Origin: Squalus acanthias | Taxonomy: Eukaryota | Reading direction: 5' to 3' | NCBI GenBank assembly: GCA_030390025.1 | Contig: CM059432.1 | Coordinates: forward strand, 23,128,001-23,192,000 | Length of the DNA stretch: 64,000 nt | Shown: piece by piece, positions 27,801-42,800 of the stretch | Layout: every line of letters starts with the position of its first letter | How positions within the stretch are numbered: the first letter of the stretch is position 1 | Program-made: the position numbers and the translations under genes | The notes under the pieces: generated by a model | What the model was told of the DNA's origin: nothing | The model's input: only the letters and a program-made list of their open reading frames with translations | Database searches by the model: none

Positions 27801-30800
27801 GCTTCATAGCCAATTAAGTACTTTTGAAATATTAGGGAAACGCAGAAACCAATTTGCACACAGTAAGGTCCCACAAACAGCAAAGACCAGATAGTCTGTT
27901 TTAGTGATAGTAGTTGAGGGATAAATGTTGGCCAGGACATTGGGAGAACGCCCCTGCTCTTCTTGGAATAGTGCTATGGGGTCTTTTACATCCACCTGGA
28001 AGGGAAGACAAGGGGGGAATTTTAACCCAAATAAACGGGCAGGTTTGGGTCAGATGTAAGGTTAAACAGTTAGAAATCTGAATCCTGACCACAACCTGCC
28101 TCCAACCCGACACTTCCGGTTTTAATGGATGCGGGACGGTGAGTGGACAGGAGGCGGATTGGCACTTTAAATATTATAATGAGGCTGCGTGCCTCATTTT
28201 GAAGCACCATTTTAAATTTAACTCTGGGAGGCCGGGTTTCCCGGGCCTCCCGGGCACAGGGCCTGTTTGCACAGCGTAAAGGGATACCTCCTGATGAATC
28301 CAAGCAATATAAAGCTACATGAGGCTGGAAATGGAAGCATTTTAGGATTTTGTCCATGAAAAGTATTTATTGTCCTTGAAAAGTTTGAAGGAAGCGGTTG
28401 CTACATTGAGGGTTTTATTTATTTTTTTGCATCTATGCGAAGCATAAGCTTAAAAAAAATCCGTACAGAAAGGGGAGGAAAGGGGAAAAAAACCCTCATT
28501 ACTAGAGCCTTCCGGCATTTAATCTGCAAACATCTATGTTATAAATAATGAGAGACCTTCTGTTTGGAGCACCCGGCCTATGTGATCCCAGGTACGCTTC
28601 CGCACACGGTGCGCCCCTGGGATCCGTGGGCCACTGTGCTGCCTTCTACTGCACAGTGTCTGCCAGCAAGTTCTCAAAGGAGGTCCCCATCAGGTTAGTG
28701 CGCATTCCATTCGGATGCCGGCGGCGTAATCCATAGTTATGCCGCCGACCGCAAAATCCAGGCCTTTTATTTGCAAAAAAGTGAGAAGTCGCACAACACC
28801 AGGTTATAATCCAACAGTTTTATTTGAAATCACAAGCTTTCGGAGCGCTGCTCCTTCGTCAGGTGAAGTAAAGGAATACAAATCGACAAAGCATATATAG
28901 ACAGAGAACAATGCATGTGTAACGTACAATGGCAGACGACTACATTTAATCCTCCTGACTGCCTTTTGTCACACCTCGGCAGATAAACAATCAGGTCAGC
29001 CAGGAAGGCACCACATCAAAGACATAGCAAGATACTATTTATTTGTAACACTCAGGTGACCTTTCGAAGGGCAGTGTGACAGTATGAGGGAGTTTCTACA
29101 CAGTTTCAATTCCTGGCACAACCAGGAGCAGCCTGATAGAAAAAAATGGCACTGCTTTGACACCCTGTCAGCCTTAATGGCATATACCCCTGCTTTCTTT
29201 GGCAAAACCATAAGAAGATCTCTTATCGGCAGACAAGGCTCATGATAACTTGGTGTCAGATGTCAGATTATGCCTCCTCTGTTTATACACACATTGTGTG
29301 AGGTATGTCACCTAACCAAGCCCTTTCATTTTCTTTCCTGAAAGTGTCAATTCCTTGCTGGGGTATATTTCCACAACATTGGTTTCCCTCCAGTACCTCA
29401 TCCAAGTGAATAATATTCATATGTGACGGTGTCAGCAGCCTATTAAACTGTGGGAGGCGTCACATAATTCTGTCTGCACCGCGGCACTTTCAGGAGGAAA
29501 TGCTGCATACCAACCAGGAGTGGTAACCTTGGGTGAATTTCCTCTACCTAACCCAGAGACACCGAGTCCCATTGTTCCCCTTGACCCCATGCCCTTTAGC
29601 GGAGTTCAGCACCCTCTTAGTTTGTACACCTCAAAACAACATCAGTTACAGCCATCATAGAGTGGGGTAGGCCTTTGAGAGACGCAGAATTCGGACACAG
29701 AACCAGTTTTCCGATTTTGTTAGAAGCATGCCTAGAAAAAGCAGTTCATCAGAGGAACAACAAATCTCTTTACACTTCAGGTTTCTGCCACCTTTGAAGC
29801 TCAAATATGGAACCAGATTAGCGTAGAGTTAGATGCAAAATGCTAACATTGTTTGTGGTGCTTTGTGGGTAAGATGACATCACCATAGCTGAAATTTTGT
29901 TGAAATTTGGCTCAAAAGGAAAATCAATCATTTTAGTTACATAATGTTATGTCACGACTTAAAAAACAAAAACATTGCAGGACGATGGGGAAAGAGCAGG
30001 GGAGTGGGACTAATTGGTCGCTCTTTCGGAGAGCAGACACAGGCATGATAGACTGAATGGACTCCTTCTATGCTGTATGATTCTAAGGTAACTGTGCAAT
30101 GATGAAGCCAGATCTGCCAAATTTATGTTACCCTACACAGCCTACTTAGTGTAAGAGAAAGCCCTCAGTAATGAAAACTGGAACACTGCATTACATTACT
30201 CCAGAGTACAGAATAACAGCTAATTGGAAGATATAAATTTTCCTTTTGCAGAATTTCAATTTATTCCTTAAGACCCTGATAACTTCCAGCCAAAAGCAAA
30301 TCATACAAGTGCATAGAAACCCACAACCATCACTGGAAGCCTGTAACCAGAGGCAGACAGCAAGACTTCCCTCATACAGTCTGATTAATGTTAATGAAAT
30401 TTAGGTTCAGAATTCAGGAAAATGCTCGACTCATTTGCCATCTCCCATGGTCGTCCTCCTTTTACATCATTTTACTTTTAGCTTTCCTCCTACATAAAAC
30501 TAATAACGCTCCTTCCTAAATTCAGCAATGCCGGCCAGATCCTCGCTCACTGGGAATGTAGGTCACTGGTGGGTCCCTTAACATTATAGGATTGATTCTG
30601 TGACCTACACTCCCATTGAGCGAGGCTCTGTGGGAACATGACATCACCGAATGTACCCTTATAAATTCTTCCCCCCCCCCCTCCACTTACAAATAGTGAC
30701 CAGATCTCTTGTTGGATGCTTATCACACTGGATATTTTGGTAATAGATATTCCACACCTGACCTTGTTTTTCAAACATCACTTCTGCTAAAGTTACTCCA

Positions 30801-33800
30801 TCTGGTGATTCAGCTTCATGTGGATTTGCTGCCTATTCTTACTGTAGCAGCTGTGTGACCTTTGATCTCTGCATTACTCTTTTTGCCAACATGCTGCATT
30901 GGGAAGTCTGTGACCTTTCTGATTTTGCCCTGCCAGCCACAGAATGCCTAAGATGCAGATTCTGACTCGAATCACAAGCAGAAGGAAGTACATATTTCAC
31001 AGCAAATTCTCCAGGGTGTTGTTAGCTGTCGCTAATAGTAATAGGAAATGGGAATCAGAGACATCTCCTTCTACGCCAGGAGATTGTTTGCTTTTTAATT
31101 ATAAACATTAGCTAGTCAGGTGCATACGGGGAGGGGGGAAGAAAGACCTTGTTACAATTCTTTGGGCAGACCTGTGTCACTTACGATCTGAAACTCATAA
31201 TTTTATAATTTTTTGATTCATTCTCGGGATGTGGGCGACATTGGCAAGGCTGGCAGTTATTACCCATCCCTAGTTACCATGTGATGGTCATACAAACGAG
31301 TGGCTTACTAGGCCATTTCAGATGGTAGTTAACAGTCACATATAGACCAGATTGGGTAAGAACGGAAGGTTTCTTTCCTTAAAGGATATTAGTGAACCAG
31401 TTGGGTTTTTCTGACAATTCGGCAGCTTCACGGTCACTTTAACTGATGCCAGCTTTTTTCTTTATTTCCAAAATTTTGTTTACACTGAATTAAAATTCTC
31501 AAACTGCCATACTGGGATTTAGTTTTTATGAATTAGATTTCCCAACACAAAGGTTCATGCAGCAAGGTTACAGGTAGGAAATTGGAGTATGGAGGACCTA
31601 AAACCTTGTTCAATTTTCCACACATTAGCATTAACTCCCGATGTAAGATTCTATTTCGCGTAGCTTTGCACATGGAATGCTAAATCCTAAAAATGATCCT
31701 ATTGCCTTTCAAGAGGCTACTAATTAAATTAGTTGAGTTCACAGGCTATTGGTCAATCAAAAGTTTCACATAGAAGAGATATATCGACTGATTCCCCAAT
31801 AGGGCACTCACAGCACCTATTGGTGCTCACAGGGAGTACTGGTCAAGAAATTGTGGGCCCAAAGCCCCCGATTTTCCAGCCATTCATTTAAATTTCCAAC
31901 CAGTGCTCCCTGCAAGCACCGCTCCACTTTAGAAGTGTCTGACTGGGAAATCATCCCATAATATAGAGGCTTTGCAGTTTGAATCAAGCTGGGTCTCTAT
32001 TTCCATCACTGACGCATCTTTGCCTTGCATGGGGTGTATTCTGCACATGTGCCTGGGGAACCCGCCATTGCTTGGAAAAATACCTTTTTAATTCAATTGT
32101 TTTCTCATGTATTTGACTTTCTAGTTTCTTCTCATGGCTTCTTCTTCTGAAGGTTTTGAGTCTGCTGGGATAGGTGCTGCTTGCCCCCCCCCCCCCCCCC
32201 CCCGCCAGTGCCTCACTCAAGTGGCCCTTATTCATTTGTGAGTGTTAACAATGAATGTTGGTCGGCTCTTCAATCATGGAGGGGCAAACATTACAACCAA
32301 ACTCAATCCTCCAGCGTCGCTGGGTCAAAATTCTGGAATTCCCTCCCGAACACCATTGTAGGAGCACCATCACCACAAGGACTACAGCGATTAAAAGAAA
32401 AGACCTACAACCACATTATCATGACACCTAGTGATGGGTAATAAATGTGCCCTTGCTAGGGTCACCCATATCCCAAAAATAAATAAGTAAATAAATAAAT
32501 CCTGACCTCAGCCAATGACCACACAGGTAATCTCTGCCAGAATGCACCACAGTGGTCAATTAAGCCATTACAGAAGTCCCTGAAGAGTCTTCAGAAGAAT
32601 CTTAAAGGGAAACTTTAGCAGGATAGGCGCACCAATGTCAGTATTCTCGCTCAGGCCAACATCCCCAGCATCGAAGCTTTGACCACGCTCGATCAGCTCC
32701 GATGGACGGGTCGCATCATCCGCATGCCCGATACGAGACTCCCAAAACAAGCGCTCTACTCGGAGCTCCGACACGGCAAGAGAGCCCCAGGTGGGCAGAG
32801 GAAACGCTTCAAGGACACCCTCAAAGCCTCCTTGAAAAAGTGCAACATCCCCACCGACACCTGGGAATCCCTGGCCCAAGACCGCACAAAGTGGAGGAGA
32901 AGCATCCGGAAAGGCGCCGAACACCTCGAGTCTCTTTCGCCGGGAGCAAGTGGAAGCCAAGCACAGGCAGCGCAAGGAGCGCACGTCAACCCAAGCACCC
33001 CACCCACCCGCCCCTTCAACCACCGTCTGCCCCACCTGTGACAGAGACTGTAGGTCCCGCATTGGACTCATCAGTCACCTGCGAATTCATTTTTAGTGTG
33101 GAAACAAGTCATCCTCGGTTCCGAGGGACTGCCTAAGTAGAAGACTGCCTAAGAAAGGGAAACTAGATTTAACATTGAATTAGATTGCACATGTAAGGTT
33201 CACCAGTTCTGCGCTGCATTGGAAGGCATGGACCTTATTATTAGGTAGAGAGATAGGAGAGGCCATCTTATCTTTCGTGGTATTCTTGCTAAGAATCACA
33301 TCACAAGCCTTTATAAACCAGCTGAGGGCTCCACACTACTATTCATAGCCAGCTGTCCATCACTTATATGCATGAGTTAAGACAGGCCACAATCAGACCA
33401 ACAGTGGGGCTGTTCCTCACGTCTCACAAGATTAAGGATAATGTTGATTTTGTCTTTGATGTGGCTTCTGAGGCTATGGTTAAAATTGTAAAGTAATTGA
33501 TTCTGACATGGTGGAGCAAATCAAAACTGACTAAACCTTATTAAAATACCAATAAGCCAAGGCTGAACACTACCAGGCAACATTTTCAAACAGAGAACAT
33601 TAACATTGTCAATTTGTACTTGAGAATGAAGAATGAAGTACCCTTCAAAAAGGAATTGGATAAATGCTTGAAGGTTAAAAAATTGCAGGGATATGGTGAA
33701 AGAACGGGGGAGTGGGACTAACTGGATTGCTCTTCGAAAGAGCCAGCGTAGACTCGATAGGCCGAATGGCCTCCTTCTGGGCTGTACTATTCTATGATTC

Positions 33801-36800
33801 TGTGATTCTGTGATTCAGCACGCACCAATCAAGCCAATCTGAATCCCAGATTTTGTTTCGAGTGGGCCTGATGGTAGTTGTGTTTTAAGATGGGTTAAAT
33901 ATAAAATGGGGCATTACACTAGTGTGGCAGCTGCCACTTCATGATAACTGTAAATAGTTGTCAGTTTGTTCTGAGATATTTGTTGAAAAAAAAGAAAAAC
34001 AAATTGCTAAAGGACTTAGTGGGCAAATGCATCACTCAAAGTTTCCCATGCAGGCCAATTGGTCCCAGGCTCAATCCCTGCTTTATGCTGAACTAGCTGC
34101 ATTCAGACAGACCAGCTACAATATTTTTTTTAATTAATTCACGGGATGTGAGCATCACTGGCAAGGCCAGCATTTATTGCTCATCCCTAATTGCCCAATG
34201 TGGTGAGAGGTTTGGTACAACTGAATGGCTTACTAGAGGGCAGTTAAAAGGCAGCCACCTTGCTGTGGGTTTGGAGTCACATGTATGGCAGACCAGGTAA
34301 GGACGGCAGATTTCCTTCCCTAAAGGGCATTATTGAAACAGATGGGGTTTTACGACAATCTGGTAGTTTGATGGTCACCATTACTGACATTAGCTATTTT
34401 TTTAATTCCACATTTATTTAATTAACTGAATTTAAATTCCCCAGCTGCCGTAGTGGGATTTAGAACTCACATCTCCGTATTATTAAGTCCAGGCCTCTGG
34501 ATTACTAGTCCAGTAACATAACCACTGTGCTACCATACCCCTAATTGACCTCAACACTCCTAGACTGGGTGGGGGGAAAAAGTGTTCCCACTCCTGATCA
34601 TTATCTTATCATCCCCTCTCCCCTCCCTCTTTGAAAAGTGTGTTTATGTGGATGTCAGTGAGTGCAACATTGAACTTGGCTGTGAAGTCCCTGTGATTAA
34701 ATAGCCTGCTGACATTCAATCTGTCATGAAGAAGGGCCACTTGGGTGAAGTATTGCAGAGCGGCTATCACTGTGACCAACATGGGCCAGAACCTTAGGAA
34801 AGGGGGACAAGAACATTGAAGAAAGATAAAGAAAAAAGTAACAGGCTGTGTGGAATCCCTTCAGCCACAGAAACACTAATTCACAAAAAGAGGCAATTGT
34901 GGGACAGACCTGGAATAGCTGTGAATTGTGTGGTAAGGCCTCTCATCCTTCACCCTCCAGAAACTTGAGTTCACTCACAACTCTGCTGCCTGTATCCTAA
35001 CTCACACCAAGTCCCATTCACCCATCACCCCTGTGCTCGCTGATCTACATTGGCTCCCTATCCACCAAGATACAACCTTCCAAGAACTCTTCATTCCTCC
35101 AACTCTGGCCTCTTGTACATCCCCCATTTCCTTCGCCCCACCATTGGTGGCCATGCCTTCAGCCATCTAGGCCCTAAATTCTGGAATTCTCTCCCCAAAT
35201 CTCTTTGCCTCTCTACCTCAATCCCCTCCTTTAAAATGCTGCTTAATGCCTACCTCTTTGACCAAGTGTTTGGTCACCTGTCCTAATGTCTCCTCCTTTG
35301 GCCCGGTGTCAAATTCTGTCTGATTACCCTCCTGTGAAACACTTTGGGATGTCTTACTCAGTTAAAAGTGCTATAAAAATGCAAGTTGTTGTTGTTGTTG
35401 TAACCTATTCTATCCTTATTCACAGGGTGCGACTGGTAGTCCAGGAATCGCTGGTGATTCTGGAGATAAGGGAGAAAAAGTAAGTAGCAAAAAAACTTAG
35501 AAAAAGAAAATGAAGGCCTCTTATGGCAACAGAACAAGTCGTTATGTAATGTTGTGGGAACTCCTCTGAAAGTATCTAAATGATCCTGTTTGCTATGAAG
35601 CTGAGAATAAAGGGAAGACATGATTTCAGTTTAGTGATAGGATGAAAGAAAATGTAAAAACAATATATTGTAGGGTCAATTTTCCTAGTACGTGCTGTCA
35701 GCGGGGAGCCTCATACCCCCTATCACGCACATCAGAAAATCACTGGCATACTGCCCACAATATGCCAAGATGCGCAGCCTGCAAGTGAAGCTCCCTGCCA
35801 GTATGGTGAACTTGGAAAAGTCATCCCTTGCATGTTAATCATTATCAAGCTCCTGATTGCCATTACAAACTATTTCATACCTACATTAGAGTTTTAGGTT
35901 TCAGAGCAGAGATACAGAAGATTAGAGATTTTCTGACAGTGGACTTTACAGTTTCCAAAAGTGCCACTTTTCTGTTAAGGAAGTTTGTTTCTATCCTGTA
36001 ATGCCTACTGGTTAACTGCTAATGCCCCCTAAACCTCCACTGACATAGGGTGAGGGGAGAAAGCCACTTTAGGCATTACTCAGTGTCCTGCCCTTCCCTG
36101 GTGAAATTTCAATAATGCACATTTATTGTTATAATCAGCATTTAAGCTGTTTGAGTGCCCACACTGTGGGAACCATGTATAGCAGAACAACACAAGTTCA
36201 TAGTCCTTATGTGTATGTAGTCTCCCCTCAAGATAACACTGTAACACGCAACAAAGCACAAGTTAAGATAGTCACCCAGACATTGCAGTAAGCATGACAG
36301 CCTGTGTTTTTTGACTTAAACAAAAACAGTTAGCATAATGACAGAGCTTCCCAATAGATTAGCGGCCAAATGTATTGGTGCTGCAAATCTCTAGCTGTGA
36401 ATGTGGACTCCTGCTGAAACTATAGACCACGATTTCGCCAACCATGGCGAGTCCAGTGCGGCTGGAGCAGACAGCGGCCTCAAACTCCGCACCGGTCTTC
36501 ACCCCACCTCCTCCAACTGATTTTGCCCTGATTTGGCTTTTTAAGCCCGCTCTGCGAGATTCCCGGCCAATTAAAAGGAAGCGGGTCTGATGACACGTCA
36601 TCAGCCAGTTTCCTTAAAGGGACCATGTCCACATTCATTTTGACAGTTGTGCTGTCAGTGCTCTGAAGCATTGAGGTGCTGTAAACACTGACAAGCACTG
36701 CACAAAGGTACATGGCTGCACCCAGGCTCTCCCATGACTCAGTCACAGCATGCAGGGAGGTTCTCTTCCCTTCCAATGGGCAGGAGAGACCTCCCCAGGA

Positions 36801-39800
36801 GACCAACACAGCCTGGTTGTACATTGCACAGGAGGACACAAGCAGGGATGTCATCAGGAGGACCAGGCTGCAGTGGTGCAAACCTTTCAATGATCTCAGT
36901 AGATCACGAAACGTTACTGCAAAGCCACACTCAACCTCATCCTGCTGTGCCACTCATCACATCCCCGTCACTCTGCCTTCCCTTCCCTACCCCTGCACAT
37001 CTTTACTCACACTAACTTACCTTGCACCTCCACCCATCCCTCTGTATCTACATTATCACATCCCCATCTCACTAGCCACCCCTCACACTCACCCTCATCC
37101 TAGTCCAAACATACCAACTAACAATACACAAGGGTAGGCATTTGGGTGGTTTAGCCAATGTTCATGTGAAGTTTCTGCTAATGTGCTGTCAAACATTGAA
37201 ATCTTTATTTTGAACACTGCATTCTTGGACAGATTTGTGTGCACCTTTGGAAGTGACTTAGTGAGTTGCAGTGAATAGTGAGACATAACGTTCCCCCCCC
37301 CCCCCCCCACCCAATGGTGATGAGTGTGAAAGGAATGGCTTGGACATTGTAAGGATGCTTTATGGTGTTGGTGTGGGGCGGTGCCAACCTTGTGCATCAT
37401 GTGGCAGCCAGAGTGTACAGTGTTAAGTGAAGCAAATCTGGCCATGGTGAGGCCATTGCTGGTGTCCCGGGCAGCAATGTGCACAGGTGATGATGCCCTG
37501 TGTCCAGGGCATCATCAGTTGATTGCGGAGAAGGTTGGTGTGGATATTGGTGCTGCTGGTGTGCCCGGTGATGCTGGTGTTGGGGCTGATCGTGTTGGGA
37601 TTCTGAGGACCAAGGTGGGATTTTTTCAAGGGCACCAATGCTGATGGAATAGATGGCAGGTGAGGTTGAGATGACAGAAATAATCTGTCAGTGTTGAGAT
37701 AGGTTGTTCCAAGGAGGTGACAGTGGATGGAGAGAATTACTCCAAACACTTCAAAAGTGCATAAAGCTCAAAAGTGGGTTCCAAATCATTAATGCTCCAG
37801 CTTCTGAGATTGGAAGTGACCAGCTGTAAAATGGTAGCTTTTAGACCACTTTTGGAGCTGTCACCTAATCAAAGAAATGGAGAGTTGTTCAGAACCCGAC
37901 ATACTTACCTGGTGTGATCCCCGAGCGATGGGAACCTCGTGGGAAACATGGGAAAATGCTTTGTACCCGGTAAAATGGTGATTAACTTGCTTTAAACACC
38001 CTCTTAACTAGCACAATTGCATGACCCGCCGTTTAGTGCCAGGTCTGCAAAGCGCAGGCAGAGCCGGCATGAGGGAAACTCACAAGGAGGCGGGTTTAGA
38101 GCGGGATACCGCCCCGCTGTCAATCTTTTTGAGTTTGACAGCGGACCCGCCTCCGAACCCGCCCTCTGAGCGCCGGCAATATTCAGCCCATAGTGAGTCC
38201 ATGGAACGCGCTGCGTATAGCGGGCAGCCGATCCGATACCGCCCGTTCTGCGCCACCGCCCGAGTTGATTTTCTAGGCCAATGTCTAGCCTCACACATAT
38301 ATAAAATGGCCACTAGGACAATTCACCAGTTACGCTGGGTCTTGACCTCTCGCCCAAGTTTCTTCATGATCTAACAAGGCCATCAAGTAGGGATCTGACT
38401 GAGGTAGAGATGCTGAATATTGGAGCTCTCGTCCCATGACTTTTCAGGGCCATTGTTCAATGTAATGTTTTGCTGTATAGGTCCCTGGTTCAATCCCTGC
38501 ACATGCTTAAAATCTGTTACATCTCTAACTATTTCCAGTTCTGACGAAAGGTCATTGACCTGAAACGTTAACTCTGTTTCTCTCTCCACAGATGCTGCCT
38601 GACCTGCTGAGTATTCCCAGCATTTTCTGTTTTTATTTCAGAATTCCAGCATCCACAGTATTTTGCTTTTGTGTCTGTGCTAAATTAGTTGATTTGGGCC
38701 AAGGCAAGAGTTGGAGAGCTACAATTAAGCTGAGCAGCCAGTCTACAGAGGGTAAAAATCAGCAAGAATCAAAAATCTGTTCCTGATTGCTATCTGGGGA
38801 TACCTGCTAGAAAATATTTGTGTGGATGTCAGATGAGGACAATATGGTCTCAGCTCTGATGCTCTCCCATAGTTGAGCAACCAGCCAAAATTCATTGTCT
38901 AGCCTCACACATAAATAAAATGGCCATGAGGGGAATTCAAGTGTGAAACATGCCTCCTGTATTAGTAAGTTCCTTGGGAGAGAAGGGAATAGAATTGGTA
39001 GGGAAAAAAAGTAGTGTGATTCGTTTCAAAATTGGAGGTTTCCCTAACTGGATATACCTGTGGATTTGTCATAATATGTTGCCTCATTCCCATCCTGGGC
39101 AGTTTATGAGGAAAGGATCTCAGGCTCAGGCAAATCAATTTTCCGAGCCATAATTTGATTCCTTTGTGTTGTTTCACAGGGAGAAGCTGGACCTCCAGGG
39201 TTCCCGGGGAGTGTGGTAAGTATTACATAGATACATAGAACAGTACAGCACAGTACAGGCCCTTCGGCCCTCGATGTTGCGCCGAGCATTGTCCGAGACC
39301 AAGATCAAGCTATCACACTCCCTATCACTCTGGTGTGCTCCATGTGCTTATCCAATAACCGCTTGAAAGTTCCTAAAGTGTCCGACTCCACTATCACAGC
39401 AGGCAGTCCATTCCACACCCCAACCACTCTCTGAGTAAAGAATCTACCTCGGACATCCCTTCTATATCTCCCCCCATGCACCTTATAGTTATGCCCCCTT
39501 GTAACAGCTGCCTCTACCCGAGGAAATAGTCTCTGAACATCCACTCTATCTATCCCCCTCATCATCTTATAAACCTCTATTAAGTCGCCTCTCATCCTCC
39601 TCCGCTCTAAAGAGAAAAGCCCCAACTCCCTCAATCTTTCCTCATAAGACCTCCCCCCCAAACCAGGCAGCATCCTGGTAAATCTCCTTTGCACTCTTTC
39701 CAATGCTTCCACGTCCTTCCTATAGTGAGGTGACCAGAACTGCACACAATATTCCAAATGTGGTCTCACCAAGGTCCTGTACAGTTGCAGCATAACCTCA

Positions 39801-42800
39801 CGGTTCTTAAACTCAAACCCTCTGTTAATAAATGCCAACACACCATAGGCCTTCTTTACTGCTCTATCCACTTGAGTGGCAACCTTCAGAGATCTGTGGA
39901 TATGAACCCCCAGATCCCTCTGCTCCTCCACGTTCCTCAGAACCCTGCCGTTGACCCTGTAATCCTTATTCAAATTTGCCCTACCAAAATGAATCACCTC
40001 GCACTTATCAGGGTTAAATTCCATCTGCCATTTTTCGGCCCAGCTCTGCATCCTATCAATGTCTCTTTGCAGCCTACAACTGCCCTCCACCTCATCCACT
40101 ACTCCACCAATCTTGGTGTCATCAGCAAATTTACTGATCCACCCTTCAGTCCCCTCCTCCAAGTCATTGATAAAAATCACAAACAGCAGAGGACCCAGCA
40201 CTGACCCCTGTGGCACACCGCTGGTAACTGGTCTCCAGTCCGAAAATGTTCCATCCACCACCACCCTCTGCCTTCTATGAGATAGCCAGTTACTTATCCA
40301 ATCGGCCAAATTTCCCTCTATCCCACAACTCCTTACTTTCTTCATGAGACGACGATGGGGAACCTTATCAAACGCCTTACTAAAATCCATGTATACGACA
40401 TCAACTGCTCTACCTTCATCTACACACTTAGTTACCTCCTCAAAGAATTCAATCAAATTTGTTAGGCAAGACTTACCCTTCACGAATCCGTGTTGACTAT
40501 CCCTGATTAAGTTGCCCCTTTCCAAATGGTCATAAATCCTATCCCTCAGGACCTTTTCCATTATCTTACCAACCACCGAAGTAAATCAGCAAAACACATT
40601 GCGATGGGAGATGGAGTAACCTGTTAAAGAAATCAAGGAGTGGGATGACCTTAGTCAGCAATGGAAAACATCAGGTTTTCAGACATTCCGGGCTTCCCAC
40701 TCTTTCCATCAGGCTGCTCGATTGAGATCAAAGACAGTTTGAGCTGTCTGGTTTGGCCATAACCAGAACTCTGATGGATACAGGAAAAGATTACAGCAGG
40801 GATTGTGATCCGCTATTAAGTTCCTTGGGGTAAATTTATGAATTTGTGCACTTGGCAGAAACCTTCACCTCCCAGGAGTGAGCATCAGGAATGCCGGCTA
40901 AGTATTTTCCATCCATTTGAATTAATAAAATTGCCCCTCTTATGCTGCTTTTTCAGTTGATACACATTCAATGAAAACCTCATATCGAATGTTGTCTCTG
41001 TAGAACTAACAGGAAAAAAAGTTCTACTGTTTCAAAACTGAAGTGACAAGTTAATTAAAGGTTCACATTGAAATATCTCCAAATCATTGGCACAGGCACT
41101 GGACAGCTGGGCACTGGGGTTGGGGTTCTAAAGATGTAACAGGACCCCGATTAGCATGCTCTAATGAGGCACCTCCCTATTCCCGGCAGGAGCACTGGCC
41201 TCCTAAATTGAGGGAGGGGCCTTAGGCGGCAAGTTGGCGGTAATGGTTTTTAATTTTGCCATGGCTAATGTCTTGTTCTCGTTGAGAAACAGAGCGGCAG
41301 AGAGATCAAAAATTGGGGCCTTTAAGTTTCAGGGCAGGTTTCTAGATTTTCCACAGATGTCCAAATGCAGCCTAAGTAATTCTCTAATCAGGCACTCTCA
41401 GTGCCACTGCAATACCAGGAAAAAAATATTTGTCGTGTTAACAGCTAAGAGTCAAGGGGGGAAAAATTGGGTCACGCCCCCTTTGGGGCGCTAACTTCGC
41501 CAGGGTGCTAATTTTAGTGCCCCGAAAAAATTAGCGTCCCCGTGCCCGAAATTCACCGGTAGCGCCCCAAGAGGGAGGCGGGGCACTACTGGAAGCGCCC
41601 CGCCTCCCTCTTGGGGCGCTGCGAGTGAATATCGCGGTGTGACATGCCGCAGCGCCATGCTCTGCGACGTGGTACTGTAGGCCTTCCTCGCCTTATTAAA
41701 GGGGAGGGGCCGGGCGCAGCGCGACCTGGGGCCCAGCTGGGCCACCAGGGATCGGAGTGCCGGCAAAAGAGCTCGGCACTCAAGAGAATTGCCGGGCTCA
41801 CGGAGCATAGCCGGCACCCGCGGATGGGCTGCAGAGGAGGCCGGGGACGGCAGAGGGGGCAAGTGCTGGCAGGTGGCCAGCAACAAATATGGCCGCCCGG
41901 CACCTTCCCTTTAATTAGCGCCGCCCCGGCCTCAGGTAGGCCCCCTTGACCCCGTCGGGCATAGCGTCCGGCAGTAAGTCAGGGGGTGCTACTGAAGATC
42001 GCAGCCGGGGCGCGAGCGGAGCGCTAATGGTTACCGCCGCCGCTAACCTCCCGCTGAATTTTGCGGGAGGCGTTGTCGGCGCCGCGCCCAGGCACTGGTT
42101 GCTTTGCGGCCCATTAGCGCCCTCTTAGGGCACTAATGGGAGGCGCAAATCAACCGAATTTTTAGGCCATAGAGATTAAAGAAAGAAGATTTCAACAATA
42201 TTTATTATCTTTGTGTCCACACAATTTTCAGTGACTTGCCTTGTTGATATTTGAGAATAAAATGGCCATTTGTATTGCACATTTTGGAACTTTTTTTGAA
42301 TTTCCAGCTGTTCATTGGTATGGATAAAATAACATTAATTATCCCTTCAAGAATTTTTTTCAAATGTATTCCGAACAATGTATTTATTCTCTATTATCAT
42401 ATGCAGGGCAATGTTATTTCTCATTAATCTACTGCATATATTAAAAGATGATTATCTGTTCCTGTGCACTGCTGTGGTGTGGGCACGAGGCAGACAGAAA
42501 ATCTGGAGCAAAAGTCAAGTGCATGAAATGCATCTGTATTTTCCGCGCGCAGCGCTGGGCCACAGGGGGCTCATGCCGCCTCATGCACAAGACCCATTAC
42601 AGCCTCTAATTTGATGCAAATTGAGAAATGTTACCCCTACCCTCTTCAATATCTTCAGAAGTTAGAACTGCCCCTCCCTGGTGCTTTAATCGTGTATCGT
42701 TGCAATTAGTTTGGTAAATTTTAGCAATAAAAGGAGCCAAATGCAAACCATGGTTCGATTCCGTTTGGTAAAGTCGGGCTAGGCAATTTTGGATATATCT

